A stretch of DNA of 64,000 nucleotides from Tetramitus jugosus (Eukaryota; Protista; Heterolobosea). Of this stretch, positions 42,137 to 53,038 are shown one piece after another; positions within the stretch are counted from its first letter, which is position 1, and each line of letters starts with the position of its first letter. The stretch covers positions 310,001 to 374,000 of the forward strand of contig OW569345.1 in the NCBI GenBank assembly GCA_937625935.1, read 5' to 3'. A program made the translations under genes and the position numbers. The notes beneath the pieces are model-generated. The model worked only from the letters and a program-made list of their open reading frames with translations. It made no database searches and was not told the origin of the DNA.

Positions 42137-43258
42137 TTACAATTGGTATTGCTCCGATTCTCTTTGTTCAATGAAGGCAAATGCTTCGGCGATGCTGTCA
42201 CAAACAAATTTTGCAGGATGCTCCTCACTGTTCTCACCCTTGAATATACCTGACCGCACCAATATCGAAAAGAATTCCTCACCAGATGCATTCGCACCAC
42301 AAATATCAGAATGAGGATTGTCACCAATGGCATAAATCGTTTTGCAATGCAGTTGTTTAACAATTGTCTCACTTCCATCCGATGTGGTAGTCGTAGTAGC
42401 AGTGGTGTTGGTGTGACATCTCTCGTGATAGGTGCTCAAATAGTGTCTCGCATAATCATAGGTTGACTTGAATGGCTTTCCATATTCTGTCAATTGCAAT
42501 TGCCGTCCACCATTCATCTTTGAATACAGTAGATTCAAGCAATCCCGGAATGCACCTTGCGTAAACCTTGGTAACTTATAATTGCCAGCATAGACAAAAT
42601 CCGGATTCGCAAAATAGAGTTGTACCACTTGTGTGTCAACAGGGCACGGATGACCCACTCTTCCATCACTCAACAACAAGTCAACCAAGACTTGCAATGC
42701 ATCGTCCCAACACTTTGGATAATCAAGCACAAAAATAGCATGGATCGGTTCTTCGTCCTCCGTGTTTTGACTCGCCAAAAAATTTTCATGCTTTGCGTGA
42801 GTGTACGGCAGCAAATAGGCATGATCGGCAGCAAAGCGAGAGAATGGAACTACATTACGAAATCCGTACTCGTGTGTTAACAAGTACTCCATCGCATCTT
42901 CATCTCTCGCCACAAACAACACTCTTTTCTCTCGTAGTGAAATCTCCGACGATTCCTCCGCCAACGACCGCATCGGAGTTTGAGCCACAATCATTTGATG
43001 GGAACGAATCTCATAGCCACAATCGAGTTCCAGTCCCAATTGTTGGTTTGTCTTGATTGCCTTGTCATGTTCTCTGATTCCACTCGCATTGGTCACAAAA
43101 AGCAAACGAGCTCTCTCTTGTTTTTGCCATGATTCAATGGCTTGTCGGGCAAATGGAATGGGTTGACCATCTTTGATGAGAACACCGTCAATATCGCACA
43201 ATATGCCGTATGGGTGCTGTTGCTTCTGTTGTTGTTGTTGTTGATTGTCATGTGTCAT
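42137..43258 (-). CDS. HDHD5: HAD superfamily IIA hydrolase, HDHD5/CECR5 type
   Basis: CDIDGVL, FVTNASG, FANPDF, PRFTQGAF, YGKP, YAIGDNPHSDICGAN, SILVRSG. Confidence 0.88.
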   Translation of the reverse strand: MTHDNQQQQQQKQQHPYGILCDIDGVLIKDGQPIPFARQAIESWQKQERARLLFVTNASGIREHDKAIKTNQQLGLELDCGYEIRSHQMIVAQTPMRSLAEESSEISLREKRVLFVARDEDAMEYLLTHEYGFRNVVPFSRFAADHAYLLPYTHAKHENFLASQNTEDEEPIHAIFVLDYPKCWDDALQVLVDLLLSDGRVGHPCPVDTQVVQLYFANPDFVYAGNYKLPRFTQGAFRDCLNLLYSKMNGGRQLQLTEYGKPFKSTYDYARHYLSTYHERCHTNTTATTTTTSDGSETIVKQLHCKTIYAIGDNPHSDICGANASGEEFFSILVRSGIFKGENSEEHPAKFVCDSIAEAFAFIEQRESEQYQL

Positions 43259-43882
43259 TTTCTGAGCTCTCTTTTTTGTGTGATTTATCTCAATTATTTT
43301 CCGGAGCGTAGAATTTTTCATTTTCCCCGAGGAAAGGTTGCCCGCAGTTGGTGTTCGGAAACGAGACCATATCGGGGGGAAAAGTATTTTTTGGAGGAGA
43401 TTTAACCGGGTGATACGTTTGGCAGGCATTGTTTTGAGCAACTGTCAAAGTTGGTCGTAGGATATCACGAGGATTACTCCAGGGAGAGACTTGTCAGAAA
43501 TAACATTTTAACTTGTATGAAGAAAAGAAACATTTATACCGTCCGATACGCGATATCTGATGTCAGAGGAGATAACCCTTGCCCCGTTTGAAAATGATTC
43601 GAAAGCGTCAGGGCGTTTTAGTACAAAATTGATAAAGTCTTCTGAACCAACCTTGGTCTTTCACAAAAACACTGACAGCAGGGACACTTCGCCATATGCG
43701 GGCCCAGACGCAGTTTTTGCCCAGGAATGAGCATGTGGATGTCAGGGTGGTATTAAAATGCAAGCTGTCCCAAACGATAAATACTGAGATCTGTTACTTC
43801 TCTATCACCTCATCCACAACAACAACAATAACAACTAACTTGATCCACAACAGGACCACTTTTATCGATAATACCTTCAAGG

Positions 43883-44683
43883 ATGACCATTGAGAACACT
43901 ACCACTGCCCCCAAAATGAGCAACTCTGAGAAGATTAAGAGAAAGAGAAATGTTCTATTGGACAAGGAGTCTGAAAACTTACTAGTGCAACAAGAGAGGG
44001 AAGAATTTGGCAAGGTACTCACTGAACAATTCTCTCAAGTCGATATGACTCAATTAAGTACTCTACCTGAGTGCCAAAATGATCCAGGCCTCCACCTGGA
44101 CAATGACAATTCATGGCAATATTGGATGTCACTCATGCTCCAATACCAAATGTGTAGATCATACACACACTATTCTCAAGAAGAAGAGAAGCAACAGAAA
44201 CAATTGGAATGGCAAAAGGAGATGCGATTCCAATTGATGCAAAAGAAGAGAGCTATCAAGAGAGAGAAGCGAAAGAACTTGAAACAACAACTCAAGAAGG
44301 AAGGCAAGATTGTCACTGGAAAGAGAAGAAGAGCTGCAGACAAGAGAAACTTAGGCAATGAAGAAGAATCAAACTCAACTAAGATTAGGAAATTAGAAGA
44401 CACTGAATTCACTTCTTCATCTTCTCTGCAATCTGACTCTCAAGAAGCAGAATATCTGAGATCTGATAGTGAATCAGATGATGAAAGTGATGGAGAAGAT
44501 TCCCTGGATAGGTACAGTGAAATGATAGATTCTGTCATGACTCCAACTTTTACATCTGCTCTCGCTTCTTTGCGAACCCCAGGTACTGCCAATCTCAACT
44601 TTGATTCATTCCCCATGGATTTTGGCAACATAATGCTTCCTTCTCCATTCCCTCTTGCAGGTCCTTCCATCTTTGCCATATAG
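43883..44683 (+). CDS. Hypothetical low-complexity protein (K/R/Q-rich, acidic, possibly nuclear)
   Basis: 266-codon ATG ORF with a basic coiled segment and an S/D/E-rich tail; no family recognised. Confidence 0.65.
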   Translation: MTIENTTTAPKMSNSEKIKRKRNVLLDKESENLLVQQEREEFGKVLTEQFSQVDMTQLSTLPECQNDPGLHLDNDNSWQYWMSLMLQYQMCRSYTHYSQEEEKQQKQLEWQKEMRFQLMQKKRAIKREKRKNLKQQLKKEGKIVTGKRRRAADKRNLGNEEESNSTKIRKLEDTEFTSSSSLQSDSQEAEYLRSDSESDDESDGEDSLDRYSEMIDSVMTPTFTSALASLRTPGTANLNFDSFPMDFGNIMLPSPFPLAGPSIFAI

Positions 44684-44745
44684 ACTGTATTTGTTATAAA
44701 AATTTTGATATCCGAAAACTTGAACCACTACGATCCATTTCATAT

Positions 44746-46020
44746 TTATTGAATGACCTTGAATTGCTTACCAACTTCAGCAAAGGCAGAGATGACTCTT
44801 TCCATTTGTTCATCAGTGTGATCAGCACTGATCTGTACTCTAATTCTAGCTTGTCCCTTTGGAACAACTGGATAACTGAAAGCAATGACATAGATACCCT
44901 TCTTTAGCATTTCGTCAGCGAATTGAGCAGCCATCTTTGCATCAAACAGCATCACTGGCACAATTGGACAATCCTTGTGACCAGCAACAGTGAATCCATA
45001 CTTGCTCAATGAGCTTCTAAACTTTTGAGTGTTAGACATGAGGCGATCACGCAACTCTGTGCTCTCAATCAACATATCAATCGTCTTGATGGCAGCACCG
45101 ACAATAGGAGGGGCAATTGAGTTACTGAACAAGTAAGGTCTCGATCTCTGTCTCAAAATATCAACAATTTCTCTTCTGCCAGTTGTGTAACCACCGGATG
45201 CACCACCCAGTGCCTTACCCAGAGTCGAATTAATAATATCAATCTCGCTCTCCACTCCAAAGTACTCTGGTGTGCCTCTACCGTGCTTACCAAAGAATCC
45301 AGTAGCATGACACTCGTCCACAAAAATAATGGCATTGTACTTTTCAGCCAATTGAACAATCTTGTCCAATGGTGCAATATCACCGTCCATTGAAAAGACA
45401 CCATCTGTGGCAATCAACTTGACACGTGCGCCCTTCTCCTCTGCCAACTGCAAATTCTTCTCCAAATCGTTCATGTCCAAATGATTGTAACGATATCTCT
45501 GAGCCTTGCACAATCGAATTCCATCAATGATACTTGCATGATTCAACGCATCACTAATCACAGCATCCTCACTGGACAAGATGCCTTCAAAGAGACCACC
45601 ATTGGCATCAAAACACGAAGGATAGAGAATCGTTTCTTCTGTGCCATGGAACTGTGTCAACTTTTCTTCCAATTGCTTGTGAATATCCTGAGTTCCACAA
45701 ATAAATCGAACACTGCTCATGCCCAATCCATGATCATCCAGTGTTTGTTTGGCAGCCTTGATGAGAGAAGGGTGGTTGCTCAATCCGAGATAATTGTTGG
45801 CACAAAAGTTGAGAACCTTGTCCTTGGATGTGGTGACACCAATGGATGCTTCTTGAGGGGATGTGATGACACGTTCTTGCTTGAATGTGCCAGCCTCTTT
45901 CATGTCATTCAATTGTTGACTCAATAGAGGTTGGAGGGATTTGGTGTAGCGTTGTTTGCCTGCTGAAGCTAATGAAGCAACAGTCGTGCTGTAGCTTCTT
46001 CTCATTATTTGGTGCATCAT
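44746..46020 (-). CDS. GCAT: 2-amino-3-ketobutyrate CoA ligase (glycine C-acetyltransferase), mitochondrial
   Basis: [66 protein letters not shown]; Arg/Ser-rich presequence. Confidence 0.97.
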   Translation of the reverse strand: MMHQIMRRSYSTTVASLASAGKQRYTKSLQPLLSQQLNDMKEAGTFKQERVITSPQEASIGVTTSKDKVLNFCANNYLGLSNHPSLIKAAKQTLDDHGLGMSSVRFICGTQDIHKQLEEKLTQFHGTEETILYPSCFDANGGLFEGILSSEDAVISDALNHASIIDGIRLCKAQRYRYNHLDMNDLEKNLQLAEEKGARVKLIATDGVFSMDGDIAPLDKIVQLAEKYNAIIFVDECHATGFFGKHGRGTPEYFGVESEIDIINSTLGKALGGASGGYTTGRREIVDILRQRSRPYLFSNSIAPPIVGAAIKTIDMLIESTELRDRLMSNTQKFRSSLSKYGFTVAGHKDCPIVPVMLFDAKMAAQFADEMLKKGIYVIAFSYPVVPKGQARIRVQISADHTDEQMERVISAFAEVGKQFKVIQ

Positions 46021-46429
46021 GGTTGATAAGTTTGTTGGTGTGAAAAAGCTTTTTTCTGATTTCTCACACGATGGCGCAGTAATTCAGGAGGCGGGCGCGA
46101 TATCCTCGGGTTCAGGTTATTTGGGCGGGAAAACGAGAGAGGAGAATCCGGTGTGGCGAAGCTGATGGGCTTGTTCGTCCTCGTTGGTTGACAAAGATAA
46201 CATCAATCCCAATGACCCAAATTATCTAGCTGAATGAGCACCTCTTCGGATCACATCAAATGGTAGTTTCTGTCTATCATCGGGCATGTTTTTTAGCTTG
46301 GTAAGCCATCGTCGACCGAACTTTAAGCAATAGACTTGTTTCCACAGTGTTCCATCTATCTCCCAAAAACAAAAGCCAAACAAACATCAACCATTATCTC
46401 AATCCTCAATCTAAGTTTGAAAACATCAG

Positions 46430-47638
46430 ATGAAGAGTAGTGCTTTAATATTCGTGGTGGCTCTATTGTCCTTTAGTTGGATTATAGGGTACGTTCTCGC
46501 AATTGAACAGCTGGACACATCGATTCCTGTGCCAGGTGGAGATGGTGTCAACCAATTCTTATTCGATCTAGGAAACAGTCAGATGGTTGAGCTCGATGTC
46601 ATTAATCCAGCAATCGATTTCTCTTTCCGTTTGATTTTTAATGGTGTATCTGGAAACCATTCTGAGGCCGAAGCGCTCAAGGACACTCCCATTGCCCTCT
46701 TTACGTTCATCGTAGAGAACGAAGCTACTGTACCCGGAATTGATTTCGGAGCTGCCATTAGACTCATCTACAATGACGCTCTATTCAGTGTAGATCCAAG
46801 TACCTTGTCATGGTACGAGTTTAGAAGCGATCGATGGAGAGAATTCCCTGATCCATCCACTTTGAGTGCTTTGACCAAGACTGTCACCCAAGGATTCCAA
46901 AGAGATGCTCTGAGACCAGGAGAAACCTACCTTGGAGTCTATGGAGGAAACAGTGTTAAGTTCCCAGATGATGATTATGACTTTGATCTCTATGATAGAT
47001 ATGATGTAGTCCATCCTATTTCAAAGACTGTTTCCAACAAGTTCTCTTTTGCTCTACCAGGCAAGAACGAGGCTTTCGAGCTGGAGGTTCTAGGAGCTGA
47101 TAGAGATTATTCTATCATCTTGTCAAGACCAACTGAGAACCCATTCCCAAGTGCTAGTCTCCCATCCGGAACTGACACACCAGTGTACTTCTTCACACTT
47201 GCCATTCAGAACAACGCCAGACCAACGTACAATATTGTGTTTAGATACAAGTATAAGACTTTGCCAGTCTCGGTTGATCCAACAACTCTCCAATTTGCTT
47301 ACTACAAGGGATCTTCGTTTTCCAAATTTGCATTGGAAGGGTCAAAGAATGAACTATCTGGAATTGTGACACAGGGTGCTAGCTCTATTGACGATAGCAT
47401 GCCAGTGACCACAAACTTGGTAATCGTGGGTCAAAAGTCCTCAGCTGTGCCATCTCCATCACCATCGACAACTTCCCCAACTCCATCCTCTAAGCCACCA
47501 ACAGCTGGCTCTAGTCCAAAACAGTCAACCGATCCAAGAGAGTCGTCCAAGAAGAATCACAGTGACAACATACACTTCAATTTGGTATTGATGGTCTTGG
47601 CTATGTCGTTGTTTGCATTGGCGCACCACATCTTCTAA
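46430..47638 (+). CDS. Cell-surface protein: signal peptide, two repeated beta-rich domains, S/T/P stalk, GPI-signal-like tail
   Basis: Internal duplication: DTPIALFTF..SVDPSTLSWY..TVTQG versus DTPVYFFTL..SVDPTTLQFA..IVTQG; hydrophobic N- and C-termini. Confidence 0.8.
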   Translation: MKSSALIFVVALLSFSWIIGYVLAIEQLDTSIPVPGGDGVNQFLFDLGNSQMVELDVINPAIDFSFRLIFNGVSGNHSEAEALKDTPIALFTFIVENEATVPGIDFGAAIRLIYNDALFSVDPSTLSWYEFRSDRWREFPDPSTLSALTKTVTQGFQRDALRPGETYLGVYGGNSVKFPDDDYDFDLYDRYDVVHPISKTVSNKFSFALPGKNEAFELEVLGADRDYSIILSRPTENPFPSASLPSGTDTPVYFFTLAIQNNARPTYNIVFRYKYKTLPVSVDPTTLQFAYYKGSSFSKFALEGSKNELSGIVTQGASSIDDSMPVTTNLVIVGQKSSAVPSPSPSTTSPTPSSKPPTAGSSPKQSTDPRESSKKNHSDNIHFNLVLMVLAMSLFALAHHIF

Positions 47639-47727
47639 ACTGCATGTATATAAAAGTAATAAATAAATAGTTTATCGATAATCGGTGGGTGATTTTTGTG
47701 CCCTTACATCGTGATCGAACTGGCTTT

Positions 47728-48669
47728 TCAGAGAGTGACAACAAAGACACCATCATTGCCCCTGACATACTTTAGCTTCTTGGAATCCAAAAGCTTTCCA
47801 ATCTCAGGCTTAATCTTAGCAGATACTTCGCTGTGATTTCCTGCTCCAGTGATGATGTGGAAAGTCTTAAACTTCTTGGATTGCATGAGCTTTGCGAGTC
47901 TCTCATTGACAAAGTCAATGGCCTCTTGAACCAGCAAGCCATGGAGATCAATCTCATCTTCGCTCTTTCCTTTGTTCATCTCATCAAAGATTTGTTTTGC
48001 TGCCTCCTTTTGATACTTGTCTCTGTTCTCTTGATGCTTCTTTCCTCGTTCACTGAGCTTTTTGGCTTCATCCTTTCTGTTGTCCTTGAATGCCTTTTGA
48101 GCATCTTCATAACACTTTGACATGAGATCGTGCTCCTGAACCACCTTTTTTCTATACTTTTCAAACAAGATATCAGTCATGTTCTTCTCCACAAACGATT
48201 TGCTAGACTCTTCAAAGTGCCATCCAAAGTTCTTGAGTGCATTGAGCATGAGCTGATGAGCCTTTTGAGCATTTGCCTTGGAAGATGCTTGAATATTGGC
48301 CGTGTTCTTTGGAGAATCAAATGCAATTTGTGTCATTGTGCTTGCTTGAATGTTCTTAATGGTGGCACCTGCATCTCCAATGACATACTTTTGCAAATTG
48401 GCAGGCAAAGGCACCGTAAGCTTCTCCGTCAGTGAGTTCGTATCAATCTTGGACTTGTGCTGATCATGGATCTGCTCCACTTGCTTTCTTGCGCTGGCAA
48501 GAGCTGTGGCCACCGTGCTCTCAATCGTGACGGTATTGTCCGGTGTAGAGCAGGTGATTCGGAGTTTTGAGTCTCCGCTTTGGGCAACGATTTGGGAGAT
48601 GGTGGAGCCCTTGGTGCCGATAATGTACTTGTGCAAGTGGGATGGAATGGAAAGCTTTACAGTGTTCAT
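47728..48669 (-). CDS. KH-KH-DUF1771-Smr domain protein (putative RNA endonuclease)
   Basis: HKYIIGTKGSTI and QKYVIGDAGATI (KH GxxG loops); A.KAF...+..AK.LS..G (DUF1771); IDLHGLLVQEA and HIITGAGNHS (Smr). Confidence 0.88.
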   Translation of the reverse strand: MNTVKLSIPSHLHKYIIGTKGSTISQIVAQSGDSKLRITCSTPDNTVTIESTVATALASARKQVEQIHDQHKSKIDTNSLTEKLTVPLPANLQKYVIGDAGATIKNIQASTMTQIAFDSPKNTANIQASSKANAQKAHQLMLNALKNFGWHFEESSKSFVEKNMTDILFEKYRKKVVQEHDLMSKCYEDAQKAFKDNRKDEAKKLSERGKKHQENRDKYQKEAAKQIFDEMNKGKSEDEIDLHGLLVQEAIDFVNERLAKLMQSKKFKTFHIITGAGNHSEVSAKIKPEIGKLLDSKKLKYVRGNDGVFVVTL

Positions 48670-49050
48670 TTTTCAATGGATATATGGATTGGGTTTGGTT
48701 GGCTTGTTTGTTTTTTGTTTGTGATCTTTGGATTCAGGGTTGATTGGTTTCTCGTGCGTTTTCCCCAGCTAGCAGCAGAATTTTCTTTCTCACATGTCAC
48801 ATGTCCTACTGTGCGAACTTGGGTACAATGGACTTGTTCGGATAGTTGTCGAATCTGCGGACTCTTTCAGTGGTTCATACTCGCCTCAGGTTTCCATAAC
48901 TGGGGGTATAACATACAAGCGTGCTACCTTTGGTCATGTGAATGAAATGTGCGTGTTCGATGAGAACTTTACCTAGTCGTGCCCTGTCTCATGTTTATTG
49001 AATGGCGTTATCTATTTACATTGTTGAAGCAGCTCGCTTCGTTTGATGAT

Positions 49051-49713
49051 TCATTGTGGTGATTCGCATGAAGAGTAGCAGGGCCGGCATGATGAACTCC
49101 TTTCAGCTGCTGACCGTGATGGTGAAGAACTAGAGAGAACCACTCGTCTCTCACTTTGAGAAGGGTCAATAACGGAGACGATGTATTCGTCGTACAGGCT
49201 CTCAGCATCACTGTCTTGCACTGTTTCCTTCAACACTGTCGATGTCTCTGTTATTGTTTTATCTTCAATATCAGCCGACAATTTCCTATCCCACGACTCT
49301 TCAACGATTCGTCCCTTGGAACAGAGTGTCTTCACTAGATTTTCCTCACTTCCAGCGAGTCCTGCGGCTGCTGAGTCTTCTTCAGACGTAGGTGATTGTA
49401 TATAGTAGCATGTTGTGTCATCAAACTGGGAGACTTTGGTGACTTTGGTTGTGGTAATCACCGTAACAATCTTTTGCACGGTTGTAGTCACAAGAGTCAC
49501 TGTTTTCATGTTGCTCATCTTGCGTTTCTTGAGTTTTCTTGAACCCTCTTCATTGTCCATCACTTTTTTCAGTGCGGACTCATCCTTGTACATATCTACA
49601 ATCATGTGGCCACTGCTCTTGTTGTGACCCTTCTTGTCATGTGACTCGTGGTGGCGATTGTCTCGGTCAATCGTCTTATCTGTGAATTCTGTTCGAGATC
49701 TCTTTATGCCCAT
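49051..49713 (-). CDS. Hypothetical protein
   Basis: 220-codon ATG ORF, K/S/T-rich; no family recognised. Confidence 0.6.
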   Translation of the reverse strand: MGIKRSRTEFTDKTIDRDNRHHESHDKKGHNKSSGHMIVDMYKDESALKKVMDNEEGSRKLKKRKMSNMKTVTLVTTTVQKIVTVITTTKVTKVSQFDDTTCYYIQSPTSEEDSAAAGLAGSEENLVKTLCSKGRIVEESWDRKLSADIEDKTITETSTVLKETVQDSDAESLYDEYIVSVIDPSQSERRVVLSSSSPSRSAAERSSSCRPCYSSCESPQ

Positions 49714-50339
49714 GATGATAATGAAGAGAGTGTGATCTTTGGTGTGTATGTATATTGTTGTGTGTTCTTCAAAGGATTCAATCTCGTGCCACAGGTTTCA
49801 GCTGGAACGAGAATTACTATTAAGTATTGTTGTTGTTGGTGTTGTTGCTTTTGAGTTTGTTTTCAAGGTCTCAGATTTGGTTTTTGGCTCAAACACAACA
49901 AAACTGCTTCCCTTTATACTGCACAGAAGGGATGTGACCCTTGTGAAGACAAAGTTTCCATTTCTTCCCGAAAAGCAACGTTTCGTTTTTTCCCTCGCTT
50001 TTGGAAAATTGGGGAAATTGAATGCACTTACCCGAATCAGACAACTCGCGTTTCGTGTTCCACGACTTCCATCAGTCGCTGTGCTTTGATCTGCGCATTC
50101 CTTCCGGACTTTTTTCTTCGGGGTTATACCCAATTGATGCGAAAAGTTTAACGTTGGCGTTTCACAGAGTATTTATGAAGCATTTTAACCGGACCATCAA
50201 AGGACCAATAAACATTGATTGGTATTAGCCCACGAGCTAGCACTTTGCGTAATTCCCAATTAACCGAGATTCAATTGTGATACGATGGGTTGAGACTCTC
50301 CAAAACAGTAAACCTAAACTACAGGTTTCCCTTTCTCAT

Positions 50340-50902
50340 GTTCGAGGAGAGTCTTTTCCCTTTTTGAATCGATTTGGAGCTCCCACCATCACAAGTGGAG
50401 AACAGTGGGTCAAAACAAACATCACCACAGGTATTATCATCTTCTTAAAGATATCGACTCATGATATCTTCAAGTTCCCTTTCCTGAACAAACAGATGTT
50501 CATGTGTTTGATACACCAAAACATTCAGTATTGTTCGATGGACATGATACAAAGAAGTCACTGGCAATAGCTAGTACTTCAATAGAGTTCAAGAGAGTAT
50601 CGAATGCGTCTAGGAATGGATAGCAATCAGAGTCTACATTACTCAATTCATGAACTCGAATCTCAATTAAGAATTCAAAGTCAGTGGCATTGAATGAATC
50701 AGTGATAACAGCAGAACTCGTTGAACCTCCATCTCTATAGAATGCATACTCTAAATGTTCCAAAGTTGAGGCATAGTTCGAAATAAGTAAGTCTTGTTTC
50801 ACTGCCCTGGTGAGGCTTGGGGGACAAGTGATGTTGTGTGCAAATACTAGAGAATAAGCAGAGAGATAGCGTAATTAATACGATTAGGAGTATTGACTTC
50901 AT
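50340..50902 (-). pseudogene. Secreted ferritin-like (Ferritin_2/Rds1-type) pseudogene with Cys-rich tail remnants
   Basis: Signal peptide from ATG 50902 is out of frame with DLLISNYASTLEHLEYAFY..IRVHE; the second half of the helical bundle is missing; PFLDAFDTLL..IASDFFVSCP; in-frame stops in CFGVSNT*TSVCSGKGT*. Confidence 0.7.
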
Positions 50903-51057
50903 TGTTGTTTGAGTTGTTACTAGGTGAGCTATGACGAAAAGGAATTATTCTTGTAAACCTCTAGTTGATTGATCTAAGGCATTTTGGTCCACGGGAAATA
51001 GATGTCGCGAAAAAAGGAAACGACCACCAACTGGTATAAGATCACTCTATTGTATTA

Positions 51058-52856
51058 TTATTCAACTACAATACCCTTCGATTGAGATTCTCCAAGCAGT
51101 AAAGGACCAACGACAGCTTTCTCATAATTGAGCCACATGTTGGCCATCCGTGATCGTGCCTCTCTCTCGTTGCCAAACAAAATACAGAAGATTGCATCGA
51201 ATCCACCAGCACCAGGCACACCAGCGATCAAGCAACCTTGCATGCTGACTGTGGCATTCAACAAATCAGTTTGCTCATCAGGTTCAATCGGTACTCCTGA
51301 CTGCTCTCCCATGTACTTCAACTTTTGTCTAATGTATCCGAATGTGTATCTGATTCGCGACATGCAATCTGCGATACGGTGACCCAGAGAATTCTTATTA
51401 GTGTAAATACTCTGCCACTGTTCACTCGAAACAGTACTCAGTGTAGATAGAGCATCCATGTACAAGTCCATATCTTCTTTTGAATACTCTGTCAATTCGT
51501 TAAACAATTGCTCAATGCTATTGTTCAGTGAATCAATTTGATTCCACACCTCATCTGCTTTTTCCTTCTTATCGCTTCTCCATTGGAGCACTTGCCTCAC
51601 CATACTTGGTGTGTTAGATCCCTGATCCACATCAGCAACAAACAAAAAGAAGCCAGGTGGTAGTTGGAAAGGTGTTCTCCTATTGTTCCACTTTGACAAT
51701 GGACCATAGTTGACCAAAGCATCTAATTCTAAATCTTCAGCAATCAAGCGAATCAATTCATAGTCGCACAACACACATTGGTTCAAGTGGTGATTCTTGG
51801 TTTCGGCAGCTTCTAAACATCTCTGAAGCGCTCTTGCATTGAATCGAGTATACTTCTGAGATCCATACGTAGCAGATGACACATCAAATCCACTACCAAC
51901 CTTTCCCTGAGCCAAGCAGTGAACAAACTGAGCCACTCGATGAATAATCTCTCTGTCTTTCATCTCTGTTGCCTTTGGACCAACAACACCCAAATGAACC
52001 AACAGTGAAGCAACCAATGAAGTAACCATGGCAGCAGAACTGCCCAATCCAGTCTTGTGAATCTCCTTCTTTTCCTTTGGACTATAAAACTTTGGCAACT
52101 CGGCCAGAGTCTCCAAATTGACTGGTTTGTGCAAATCTCGCAACTATCACATCGTCACAAAAAAGTTTGTGTGAGCGATGTCAAGAATTTCAATAATGAT
52201 CTCACAGCAACAGCAACAGCAACAACAACAACAAACGGAATCATCATACATACGTTTTGTCTCTGCGAATAAAAATCATTGTCAGCCAAAAGCTTCACAG
52301 TCATCGACTCTGTTAAACTCAATTTTCCACTTGCAAAATATTGAGCCACAGCAATTGCAAACAACAAGCTGTATTCAATATACTTGTTCTCTGAGGCATT
52401 GGGAGCTCTCTCCAATCTCACTTCAAAGCTATGTTGATCAGTAACACTCATGGGCACCAGTTTCTTCACATGGAACCTTGTCTGATAGTGAAACTGTGGA
52501 GATTGGAGATCAATGGTAAAGGACCGTGTGCTCTGCTTTCCTGCACGCAATGATTCGACTTGAGTGTAGAAACGAGAGGAAGAGCCCAACACAAGACCAC
52601 TGTATTGATTCTCAAGAACGAGGTAACCACCAGTGATCAACACTTTTCCAGGAGCAGAGACTGTTGTTTTGGATTTTCTTGCGTTGCGCAACCATCGATA
52701 AGTGAAATAGAGACTTCCACCAGTGACTGCCCACAACAAGTATTTGATGATTTGTTGTTTCTTTTTGGGATCCACTGCTTGTTGATCAAAAGTCTTCTCC
52801 CAAAGTTCACCAATGCTCGTGAACGGTGACAGCAAAAAAGACGGAAGCACAGTCAT
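51058..52856 (-). CDS. ERG8: Phosphomevalonate kinase, ERG8 (GHMP) type (2 exons; intron 52144-52253)
   Basis: SAPGKVLITGGYLVL, ADNDFYSQ, KTGLGSSAAM, HCLAQGKVGSGFDVS, GSNTPSMV, AGVPGAGGFDA; GTATGT..TAG phase-0 intron. Confidence 0.95.
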
Positions 52857-53038
52857 TTTTTTTTTACACAAGAGTGACGACAATTCGTTTTTCCGATTTT
52901 TTTGGCGGAATCGGTCTTTTTGTATTTTTGGTCTTTAGAACAGCCAAAGCGAGGTTAAATTATGTGTGGGTTCCAAGGGGGAAACACGTGCAAGCACACA
53001 AAGAAGAACACACAACACACTTACACTTCAAGAACCTG

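Noticed and set aside
43515-43650. ATGAAGA...CTGA...ATGATT...CTGA as a further C/D snoRNA
   Set aside because: No recognisable rRNA-complementary guide or terminal stem; lies in a divergent promoter region.
50490-50505. TGA read as selenocysteine or a reassigned codon
   Set aside because: The locus also has a frameshift and an internal deletion, and TGA is a normal stop elsewhere; pseudogene decay is the simpler explanation.
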